A stretch of DNA of 63,399 bases, filler included, from Aduncisulcus paluster (GCA_024181965.1; 11 parts of 11 records of this genome joined end to end with filler, not necessarily neighbours in it), one strand, 5' to 3'; shown: positions 48,491 through 59,330, counted from the whole stretch's first letter. The notes: a model not told the origin generated them from the sequence alone. Translations and numbers: made by a program.

Positions 48491-49593
48491 GTTTAGTAGC
48501 AAGAAAAAAACCTGAATGCGCTAGAAAAGGAGCAAGGAGATATTGTCGTACCCCACGCAGCTATCTCTGGCATCGCGGTAGTGACATCCCCACTGACGTC
48601 ACTCCTAAACAAGTGGATTGGCGAGAATTCAGAGAGCGTATTGAGCATATCACCGAAGGTTCCACCGAAATCCTTAGAACGGTGGTGTCTCACACACAAA
48701 AAGACGGCCAAATTAAGGATAGGTTGGATAAACACAGCGCCGACGACGTGGGTAGACCGAGTTCCACGAGAGACCATCGAAAGAGAATTCGAAAGTTAAT
48801 TGCGAAGGCAAACGGAGGTCAGACGTGGGCAGAATTCCTCACAAGAAGGGTGAAGGAGTGGTTGCAAAAGGATCATACAGTCACCACCATATGGCACAAG
48901 CTGAGAGTATGTGTGGAGATCTTAACGGGCCAATCACCATCCTCGATGCGCCGAAGAGTCTCATCGATGCTGGGAAAACAAGCGAAGTCAACGCCAGCGG
49001 AGAGATACAGGCATGATGCAATGACCCAGATCGAGGTCAAGAAGTTTGTGGACACAATGGTGGGGAGGGGTATGACCACATTGGCCACTTGGGCAGCAGT
49101 AACGTTTGAAACGGTAGCTCGAGCAGGGTCAATAGCCTCCATCAGACTGGGAGGAGTAAGGTGTTTCCGAGATCACATGTTATTGTTCTGCCCATCTAAT
49201 AAGACGAGGCCAGATGGGATTGTAGTTAGAGTGAATGAGGAGGGCCCCGTGGGAGCATTCTTGCTTTTGCAGCAACTTCTGAACAAACACGAGGAGGTCG
49301 GACTTCAGAAGGAAGCTTTCTTATTCGGAGAGATTCACCCAGAAAAGAACAAGGATCCAACTAAGAGACTGAAACAATCCTTCACTCTACAATCCCAGAG
49401 GGTCGTGGGTATCCAGACCGGATCACACGCCCTACGCAGGGGGGCAGTCATTCACCTTCTATGCGCAGGAGTTCGCCAAGAAGTGATCATGGCCCTAGGA
49501 GGATGGTCCACAGTGGAAGGATATATGGCTTACATTGACAGAGGAGTAAGAGAAGCAATGGGGTGGCCAATATCTTGCTCGCCTCGGACTTGA
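48490..49593 (+). mobile_element. Tyrosine recombinase ORF of a DIRS-order or Crypton element, 5'-truncated
   Basis: Complete catalytic set: TVARAGS (R), NKT (K), SHALRRG (HxxR), LGGWST (W), YMAYI (Y). Confidence 0.85.
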
Positions 49594-49959
49594 TATGGTT
49601 TTTAGATAGAAGATATCAGGTTAAAGAATTAGGAGAAGAGTCAGTATTACATCTGGAGTGCCGGAAAGAACTCCATATTAAAGTCATATCTTGATGTTTT
49701 TTTAATATCTGCTGATTTTCAAAATTATATGCAGAATAAATAGAAATATTTTTCTTTCAAAATTATAATTTTAAATAACATTTACTCCATTAATATACTG
49801 AAAATATGCAATCACCAGTATATCCCGATGCGCACATTTTTCAAGCCATATTTTGTCAACATCATGACCATAAGCTGTCTCCCTTGGGCGTAGCTAACCC
49901 AAGGGAGGCGTAAGTCTTAATATTATTTATTTTTTTGCTCCCCTGGTCTCTTCCTTGCT

Positions 49960-51705
49960 TCCCCCGATAACCCCCCTATATTCCTGTTCCCATTGTTACT
50001 AACAACTTTTTTAGTAAATTGTGGAAGACAATGTTGTCCATGTCTCTCCCATGTACTTAATTCTTTAGTGGAGCATTATTTTTCATATCTATTTCCTTCT
50101 GTTATTCCTTTTCTTAAAAGGATGAATATCATTTGTAGATTTATAAGCCCGGAAAATGAACATTTCTTTGATGCATACAAATGTGTTAAGATCCACTATT
50201 GTGGAATAAGATGGCTTAGTATTTCTACGGAATTTTTAAAAGCTTCAGTATAAAAATGCTCACTGATGTCTCTCTTGATAACCTGCCTCATCATCAGTTG
50301 CAGTTACTTGTTAATTCTGGTTGTAACTCTGCATCTTCCTCCCAGAGTTCCGTCAGTGATCTTCTTCCTTCCAGAAGATCATTTCCAAATAATCCTCTAA
50401 AAGGTGAACATCCCACACCTGAGTGTGGTCTTCCATTGATTATTGGCATGACAATAATCCTGACTGTCATCCAATTTGGGGGTGTTGAGTAGTGTAGTCT
50501 GATATACCTGATCAGCTTTCTCAATTCTCCAATAACACGTTCAGCGATTCCATTCTCTTCGTGGTGACCTGCACTAGCCACAGTGAGTTTAATTCCCAAG
50601 TCTTTGCAAAACTTCCTGAATTCTGAACTCGTGTATTGTGATCCTGCGTCTGAGCGAATTTCGTTTGGGATTCCATACCTACTCATAATGGAATCTCTGA
50701 AACCTTCAATAGTTTCCTTTGTTGTGGTTGAACAGCAACAACCCAGCTCAACAAATCGTGTGAATGAGTCGATAAACACCAAAATGTACTTGTGTCCATT
50801 CTAATCTGTTTCTAATGGGCCCATCACGTCCGTTGATATCNNNNNNNNNNNNNNNNNNNNAGTCTTTGCAAAACTTCCTGAATTCTGAACTCGTGTATTG
50901 TGATCCTGCGTCTGAGCGAATTTCGTTTGGGATTCCATACCTACTCATAATGGAATCTCTGAAACCTTCAATAGTTTCCTTTGTTGTGGTTGAACAGCAA
51001 CAAACCAGCTCAACAAATCGTGTGAATGAGTCGATAAACACCAAAATGTACTTGTGTCCATTCTAATCTGTTTCTAATGGGCCCATCACGTCCGTTGATA
51101 TCGTTCTGAATGGTTGTGCTGAGGTAATTGTTCCTCTAATCTTCGGAAGTGGAAGCTTCTTTAGCTTTTGGCAAAAAATACACATGCTAACGACATCCTT
51201 AATATCCTTGGTAAGGTTCTTCCATCCGATTCCCAGCTCCTTCAATCTTTGGGCAGTGATGTCCCTACCTCCATATCCAGTCTTGATGTGAATTTCTTTG
51301 ACTATTCCTCGCTTGACTCTACTCACTTCCTCCACAAACTCTTCATTCTTCGGTTCCGTTCTTGGTTTTCCATATATCATTACAGAGGACACAATCTCCT
51401 CGTTCTGTTGTTCCGAGCTTCTCTTGGAGGCTGATCAATTCCGTCTTCCACTCATGTTCATGTACGATCAAACTCTTTGATGAAATCGGTTCTGTTGTGG
51501 TGATGAACCTTGATAGAAAGTCTGCAAGGTCGTTGTCGTTTCCGGCAACATGATGGATTTCATAGTCATATTGTACGAGATAAGCGAACCATCTCATGAG
51601 CTTACCCGTGGCGCTCTCAGAGATAAACAGTAGGTTTTTGTGATCAGTCCCCGACATCATACGCTGAAAGGAAGCCGGGGCCACCTTGACACCGAAAGGC
51701 ATACG
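49960..51705 (-). mobile_element. Internally deleted Gypsy pol: RT stub, RNase H end, H2C2, integrase core, decayed tail, G-rich PPT about 49961-49980
   Basis: MPFGVKVAPASFQRMM fused to TDHKNL..RWFAYL..NDLADFLSR; CIFCQK; PFRTISTDVMGPL; VFIDSFTRF, IRSDAGSQYTS, NGIAER. Confidence 0.9.
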
Positions 51706-53479
51706 CTTCCATTTGGCTCAACAGGTTGGTATCGGGTTCGAGTCCCGGTGTCGCTTATTATTTTCACCTTGGTTTGTGATTTTTCATCATCGATCACATC
51801 AGATGAGGATAAAAGGTCGTCAAATTGAAGCGAACTCTCTTCTTTAGCGGATTCTGCTGCGGAAGGATTTGGTTTATGATCTTCGAGGGTAACACTCGGT
51901 TTGACAGATGAAACCGTATCCAACTTGGTAGCCAGATTCTCAATAGCACGAGCCATAATATGTAAGCTTTGCTGCTGGTCTTCGACTAATTTAGTCAGTA
52001 TCTGAACGGACTTATCCGTTTGAGGGGGAGCACTTCCACGGGGACGAGAGGTCTCACGGCGACTTCTCTGATGTCCACGGGAACCACGATCACGAGGTTC
52101 AGCTTTCACGAGGTAGTCATCAGGTCGATGACCCTTAGAACGAGCAAATTCCTCCTCACGACGGATATCACAACGGAAATCCTCCAATTCTGAACGTTCG
52201 TCACGCATATCACAGTCATCTAACGTCTCAGTATCCACACGCCAACGTTCTCCACTAACAAGTTTCCTTGTCATGTCAGGAGACATATATTCCGAACAAG
52301 ACCACACGAAATGGTCATTCTTTCCACAGTAAACGCACATAGGCGCCCGCACACCACGGCGAGACACATGACGACCACCACGACCACGATTTGCAGAGAA
52401 ATCCAGGTCTAATTCATCACTTCCACTAACAGTTTCACTGGAACGGCGTTTGTGTACGTCCACTGAAGATTTACGCACACCTACGATCGCTTTTCCGAGA
52501 GTTTTATGGAATTTAGCACGATCCACAAGGCCTAAGGCATAACGGCCAACACCCTTCACGGAATCTTCTTCCAAAATCACAGCTTTCGGATCTTCCACAC
52601 TACGTTCCTTATTCCCATAATGGCGAAGGTCGTCAAGGTCACGAGACACCTTTTCACTAAAGAATCTGGGCTTCAACCCACGCACAAATAAATCCACAAC
52701 CTCATGGATGCGACTACAATCCCACCCAGTCATCGGCCTTCTTTTGAGTAGCTGCAACCACTCAAAATTATACTTACGCATCTGATCGGGCATAACGGCA
52801 CCAAAATCGTCTTTAAACGAGTCACAAGCACGCACAATTTCGCTGGCTTCAGCCAATAAATTCTCGAAGGCATTCTCAGCCACGAACATCTTCAATATAT
52901 CACGAAGAACCTGTTCTACGTATTCATGGTCATCACGAGAAGCATCGAATGGCGTAGCAGCACTCATGTCAAGAACCATTAACACTTCACTTTGTATTAA
53001 TTTCCCTAAGCATGGCAGCTTCACAGAACGATCATTTTCCACAATTTCAAGACAATTATGCACGAAATCCACGATTTCAGTCGCTTCAACACTTTTAAGC
53101 TTCACGACAAAATCACCATGAGGACGACGACTCTTATCATCCATTAAGACGGTTAAACGAGATGTAGACATGTCATGTCCACGGGCAGAGGTTCCAGTAA
53201 GCAACAAATCGTCACGATCGAGCGTATTGTCCTTTAACACTAATAAACCGTCTTTTCAATGACACTAACGGAATCTTCAACGGTTTTATCACTTTCAACA
53301 CTAGATTTAATCGTTGGAGACATAATTTCAGACTTATCACGAGTCACGGTCGAGGAAACACTATCACCAGACTTCCTCCTGGGGCTAACACGTTTTCCGA
53401 TTATCACAACATCAGAATCACCCTTAGCGTCAACACTCGAAGTGTTTTTCGCTGTTTTCACGGTTTTAACCTTCGTCAT
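51705..53479 (-). mobile_element. Retroelement gag-like ORF with CCHC knuckle, split by one frameshift at about 53240
   Basis: FVRGLKP, CVYCGKNDHFVWSC; ATG 53479 frame stops at 53240 where the -1 frame continues. Confidence 0.7.
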
Positions 53480-53925
53480 TTATCGAAAGTTTATAATTTT
53501 CAAAGTTTCGGAATTAACACAATAAATTACCTGATAATAGCAGTGTGTCTCACAGACATGAAATTTTAAATAAACATATAAAATAGATATTTATTAAAAA
53601 TCGTATTCACGTTTGCCCATTAATTTTTCAATAAATCGTCTTATAAAAAAGATAACCCTGCACTATTAAACAACAATATTTTTAATTTTCTGTTGAATAT
53701 ATTCTTCTTAAATGAAATAATAAACGCTATTCCAATCGATGAAATATTTTCCCCTATTATATTTCCGAAGATCATCAATCTTCAAATGTCATGTTTTATT
53801 CTTGCTGTGGTGCATTTCTCCATTTTTAAAAAATGGATTTTTTGAATAAATGGGAAATATTATTAAAGAAAAATGAATTAATAAATCTTAAAACTCAAAT
53901 ATCACAGATATAATATCTAACCATT

Positions 53926-54107
53926 TGTTATGGCCCAAAGATATTATTTTGTCCGATTAGCTTGTTATAGTCTAATCGTCAAGGCGTCACCTTGGTGATT
54001 GCCTGGTTGTTGGTTCAAACCCCACCTTGTGTAATTTTATGAAAGTCCGTAAGGAAGACTACAGCCTTGTCATAAGAATGACGTGACAAGTATTGAAGAG
54101 AGTAACA
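53926..54107 (+). mobile_element. Putative 5' LTR (182 bp) of the Gypsy element
   Basis: TGTTA...TAACA inverted ends, GC step-up from the AT-rich flank, ends 76 nt before the gag ATG; partner LTR is not in the contig. Confidence 0.6.
53961..54038 (+). ncRNA. tRNA-derived Pol III unit (A box 53968-53978, B box 54012-54022, TTTT 54035-54038); not a functional tRNA
   Basis: TAGTCTAATCG fits the A box; D stem GTCT/AGGC; T arm GTTGG-TTCAAAC-CCCAC; canonical spacing; acceptor and anticodon stems do not pair. Confidence 0.55.
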
Positions 54108-54183
54108 TATTATAGTAAATTGTGCTCACCACAAGAATTTTATTTTCCAGGAATATTACAAAATAGCTATTTTAGTTTTATTT

Positions 54184-56530
54184 ATGGAAGTTAAGGTTGT
54201 TTTACCAAGATTAGCCACCGTGGGACGGGAGGCTTGGAAAAAATTTAAGGAACAATTCCTCAGTTATCAAAAACGAGATGAAGATGCTGAAATAAGGACG
54301 TACATGACTGATACAGTCTGGACGATCTATCAGGCTCGAACGGGTTTGGCAGATGGAGAGGATTCCGATGTCATTCTTGAGGAAATTGATAAATTATACG
54401 GAATTACGAACAGATTGACCTGTGTATACGCCTTGGAGGAATTTAAACTGAAAGGAATTACCGAAAAGGAGATCTCTGAGTATGTAATTAACTACCAGCG
54501 AGTGATTCGCTCGGTTACTACGTCTGTGGAGCGCCCTAAGGACGAACAAATTCAGAAATTATTTTTAAAAGGAATTATTAATCCTCGTTTCCGGACTAGA
54601 GTCGCGACAGGATTATCGACTGTTACAGAACCCGAGTTCACCGATGTTATTCGTATTGTGTTCGAGGAAGGTTTGACGGTTGAAGAAGATATCCAGGATA
54701 TGGGTGGTTATGTTACTTCAACTGGAACTACGAAACGTAAGAAAAAATGTCCTGTTTGCGGGAAGATCGGACATGACGAGAGAGATTGTTGGATAAAACA
54801 CCCTGAGTTGAAGAAGAAAAAACGCTTTAAGGGTTCGACGGCACCTCGAAGACCGAAGAAACCTCTGTCTGAAGTACAATGTTATAAGTGCCGAGAAATG
54901 GGCCATTATGCGAATAATTGTCCAAATGAGAAAAAGGATAGAGAAGAAGGCTCTATTAAAGCACTGGTGGGTGATGGATTACCCACGTATGAGGTTATGA
55001 TCTTTAATGGAAAAGATCCAAAGAAGACGGTGAAAGCATTGATTGATTCTGGATCGAGCCATTCAGTAATCAGTGAGGAAGTGTTAAGCAGTATGGGAAC
55101 GGAACTCCAGTTATTACCTTGTGATGTTCTGTTTCATCTGGCTACTGGTGAACCTATTCGTTCAAAAATGCGTGCCAGGATGACAGTCAGGATAAAAGGA
55201 GCCATGGGAAAGTTTTTGCGTTTTACTACCTGGTTCTATGGGATTCCGATGACTAAAGCTGCCACTCCTGTATTACTTGGCCGAGATTTTATTGAAGAAA
55301 CTGATTGGAATCACCTTGCTATTAGAGATCCCGTTGGTTCAACAGTTATTAAAGATGTAGCAGAAGATGGACTGTTTGAAGACGAAATTAAAAGAGAGGA
55401 TGATTCATTGGTGGAAGGAATTGATAACGAAGAAATAAGAAAGCTTTTGGAGGAGTATGAGGTAGCCATTAAAGATGTAGAATTGTGTCGAGCTCGTCCG
55501 TTTAGGATTGAGTTGAAGGAAAAAGATGTAGTTATTTCCGATGTACCTCGTCGCTTATCACCTAAACGACGTGAAATCTTAGAACAATTACTACAGGAAT
55601 TATTGGACAAGAAATTTATTCGAAGATCAAAATCTCCCTACGCATCTCCAATTGTTTTGGTTCCAAAGAAAAATGGATCGTTTCGACTATGTGTCGACTA
55701 TCGTGTATTGAACGAACATATTGTTCCTATTCGTTATCCACTCCCCCGAATTGATGAATTATTAACCCAATTAGTAGGATCACGGTATTTTACTACTCTC
55801 GACTTGCAGCATGGTTATCACCAAATATCAATTGAAGAAAGTTCAATTCCTTTGACAGCTTTCACGACCCCTCTGGGCCTTTTTGAATACACCGTACTTC
55901 CTTTTGGTATCACTACGGCTCCGGCATTCTTTCAGAAGATGGTATCCGAGTTGTTTGCAGATCTGCTATTTCACGGGGTACTGGTGTACCTTGATGACAT
56001 TGTAGTTTATGCAAAGGAGTATGATGAATTCATGAAGTTGATGGGAGTTGTTTTGAAGAGATTAGGTCAGTTTGGATTGAGACTTAATATGGAAAAATGT
56101 TCTTTCTTAACGAAGGAAGTCGAGTATTTAGGATGGGTTATATCCGAAGAGGGTAGAAAGATTAGTCAATCAAGAGTACAAGACTTGGCGAAATTAACAC
56201 CACCATCATCGAGGAAGGAAGTCCAAGCCTTTGTGGGATTGACGAATTACTTCCGGGAGTATATTCCAAACTACTCCACAGTCCTTGAACCGATTACACG
56301 TTTGTTGGGGAAAACAGTTCCTTGGTCTTGGACTGATGAACAAGAAAAGGCTTTTCGTGACGTGATAGAAGAGTTAAAAGGTGGTAGAATATTGGCTCCC
56401 TTGAAGGAAGATTCGGACTTAATTCTCTACACTGACGCCTCTTCTGTCGGCATTGGCGCTGTGTTGATGCAGAAGGAAAAGGGTGAGGAGATAGAGAAAC
56501 CTATTTTATTCATCTCGAAGAAATTAACTG
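54184..56530 (+). mobile_element. Ty3/Gypsy gag-pol, single uninterrupted ORF, 3'-partial
   Basis: Two CCHC knuckles, protease LIDSGSS, RT (SPYASP, RLCVDYR, LPFG, YLDD), RNase H YTDAS. Confidence 0.96.
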
Positions 56531-56630
56531 NNNNNNNNNNNNNNNNNNNNNNNNNNNNNNNNNNNNNNNNNNNNTTAATTAATTAANNNNNNNNNNNNNN
56601 NNNNNNNNNNNNNNNNNNNNNNNNNNNNNN

Positions 56631-57242
56631 GAATAAAGGATTATCCAAAGAAGATTCATCATCTGACCATTCATTTAACTTCGAGTACATGCAACACATC
56701 ATGTCAGTATCAAGTTTACGATGTTGGTACACACCTTTGAGTTGGGATACACCTCGTAGGGGCACAGATTCTTTATGGGGCGACGATAGAATAGAATGAC
56801 CAATTCCACTGATCCCACTCACACGTAAAAAGTCAACACTTACAACATCTTTCCCTTTTCTTACCTCTTTCATGAGAATAACAGATCCACTAAAACCCAA
56901 ATAATAGATATTCGGAGCAATCCAACCACCATATGTAGTTTGAAGTAAAAATTCACTGCATTCGTGATTACCCGATATTAAAATTGTTAAATATGGTGCA
57001 ACTTGAGTTCCATCTGAATATTTGTGAAAGGATCCCATGGTACGATATCTAGGAGGACACGCAAGAGAAGTTAGATCCTCTTTGGTTCTCGCTGTCTTAC
57101 TATCTCCACAAACGAATATGGCTGAAAGACAGATACCCTTATCTTTCTCGATTTGGGAAGCTTCGAGATAGAGCTGTTCCCAACATCCATGAAGACACCC
57201 AGTAACTATATAGTGGAATGATCCATTATTAATATATTTCAT
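56631..57242 (-). CDS. DBR1: RNA lariat debranching enzyme, 3'-partial
   Basis: GCLHG, CGD, LACPPRYRTMGSFHKY, APYLTILISGNHE, YGGWIAPNIYYLG, RVSGISGI. Confidence 0.93.
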
Positions 57243-57419
57243 ATATAAATCTATTTTCTTTGACTTTGCGAAAAAAATGTTATAATTATATGTGCGACAG
57301 CCAAATTTCACTTATTGATTGTTTTGTTCCCTTTAAAGATTTAAAAAATACATTTTCTTGTTATTTTTTATTTTTTGACATTTAATCCGATAGAATTTTT
57401 TTTAGGAACCTGGTAACAA

Positions 57420-58874
57420 ATGCCATCTGACGAAGACTTTCAGATAGTTTCAATTCCCTTTGAAAAGCTCGATGAAGTAATATCAAATGTTCGATTAATC
57501 CATGAAACTACTGGAGTTTCGGAGGATTCACGGATGTTTTGGGTTGACGTGGCCAATGATCTCGAAATATCTCTTGATTCAGAAGATGATTGGTTGGAGC
57601 TTCGGGAGAAGTGTCTAGACCTTAAATCTCAACAAAGTGAGAGTGAATTATACGAAATAGAAGCTGTTTTGGATAGAGCATTCGATTCGAAAACCAAACA
57701 GTATTATTACCTTGTAAAGTGGCGAGGATTTCCTACATCTGAAAATTCCTGGGTAATAGAGTCCGACATAATGGATAAATCTATCATTGAGCTCTATAAT
57801 AAGAAATTTGATGAAAAAGAAAGGAAAAAATCCAAATGGCAATCATCTTCTAGCATAAATAATCGTCATGCCATCTTAAGTGACCTAAAACCAACTCGTT
57901 CTGGACGTGTAGTGCACAGACAAACTCGTTTCATTGACAGATATTCCAAATACGCATCCTCGATCAATCCTAGTGTGGCTCCTGTTCCCTATGAGAGTCA
58001 AATGCTGAGTATCCAACTTTTTGACGTTGAGACTGAGCATGTTAAAGAAGAAGAAGATCGCACCCTTGAAGAAGAAGGAGGGAGCTATCATCTTAAAAAA
58101 TCACCCACAAAGGCAATTGTGAGAGGACGAGGAAGAGGACGAGGAAGAGGAAGAGGAAGAGGAAGAGGCAAAGGAAGAGGAAGAGGAAGAGGCAGAGGAA
58201 GAGGGAGAGGGAGAGGGAGACCTCCTAAATCTTCAAGTGTTGATATTAGAAAAGAACTCACAACTGACGAAGAAAACAAAGATATGAAAGAGTTTCACTC
58301 AGACCCATCTTTATCTATCCATCATTCAAGCGACATCTTGGAGAAAGGGTATAAACATCAAAAGAAAGTAATCGAGTCAGATGTTCAGATTTCAAGATCA
58401 GATTCACTCTTTGATCGGTCAAAATTAGTCAAACGAAAGTGCTTATCTGGTCAAGATCGTGACAAAATGCCATCTTCTGAGTTAAATGCGATTGAAACAA
58501 CCAATCCCGTTCCTTTTCTTCTTCAGCACCCCTCAAAATCCTCAGCTTCAGTCATTTCTCACTCAAAATGTCCAAAGGAATTTGCCCTCGAGATGGCTGA
58601 GGTGTGTCATGTGAATACATTCCACTTAAAAGATACTGGAAGTGATCATAAAACATCTATTCCTATTCGTTGTATAAAATGGTTATCACAGACTTGGTTG
58701 CAGCGTTGTGTGTTGAAAGAAATCATTTTCATTGGTGTTTTTCCCTTTATAAAATGTGTCTTGGGCGATGAAGAAGAGAATATATATTTGGATGATCTAT
58801 TTATTTATAGAAAGGATGATGTTTTTGATATGCTTTCAAAGATTACCATTGAAAACGATAAATTTCGTCCCTAA
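57420..58874 (+). CDS. Chromodomain protein with (GR)n tract ending in an AT-hook
   Basis: YEIEAVLD..YYLVKWRGFPTSENSW with intact aromatic cage; (GR)n then GRGRPPK. Confidence 0.85.
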   Translation: MPSDEDFQIVSIPFEKLDEVISNVRLIHETTGVSEDSRMFWVDVANDLEISLDSEDDWLELREKCLDLKSQQSESELYEIEAVLDRAFDSKTKQYYYLVKWRGFPTSENSWVIESDIMDKSIIELYNKKFDEKERKKSKWQSSSSINNRHAILSDLKPTRSGRVVHRQTRFIDRYSKYASSINPSVAPVPYESQMLSIQLFDVETEHVKEEEDRTLEEEGGSYHLKKSPTKAIVRGRGRGRGRGRGRGRGKGRGRGRGRGRGRGRGRPPKSSSVDIRKELTTDEENKDMKEFHSDPSLSIHHSSDILEKGYKHQKKVIESDVQISRSDSLFDRSKLVKRKCLSGQDRDKMPSSELNAIETTNPVPFLLQHPSKSSASVISHSKCPKEFALEMAEVCHVNTFHLKDTGSDHKTSIPIRCIKWLSQTWLQRCVLKEIIFIGVFPFIKCVLGDEEENIYLDDLFIYRKDDVFDMLSKITIENDKFRP

Positions 58875-59330
58875 TTCAATATCAATATTAAGAAAAATAT
58901 TCATTGGAAAATATGTATCAAGTTCTTCTATCTTTTATATGGGTTACTTTGGACCAATATTATGTATCAAAGCTTTCTTTCCAATACATTTGTGATATTT
59001 TTGGAAGTGGGACCTTCATCATCTCTTTAATAATACTAATGAATATACTTCCTAATAGTTATCGAACTTAAGCACCAAGTGGTGATTTGTTCACTGAAAA
59101 AGGAATTTATTTAAAAAAAAATTTCAAATTTAGACTCTAAATTTAGACAGGCTGCGATTCAGACATTTGAGAAAGCTCAACTTTCTCAATTATCATATAT
59201 TCAGAGCAATTTCAAGATCAACAAAACTTTTCTGTGTTAGTTAATTTATCCTTCAAAAATCTGAAATTCACAAAAGTCTCTCAAAAAATCATCAGATTAA
59301 CAGTTAACTGAGAACAAGTTGTGATGGCCA

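Noticed and set aside
12428..51101. Direct repeats around the 20-N gaps at 12651, 37000, 47031 and 50841
   Set aside because: Same scaffolding artefact; the few mismatches are likely allelic or read-end errors.
53961..54033. Functional tRNA-Thr(GGT)
   Set aside because: Acceptor (CTTGTTA/CTTGTGT) and anticodon stems cannot pair; retained only as a tRNA-derived element.
54037..54062. Hammerhead ribozyme (GTCCGTAAGGA resembles stem II)
   Set aside because: The CUGANGA and GAAA core is not correctly present on either strand.
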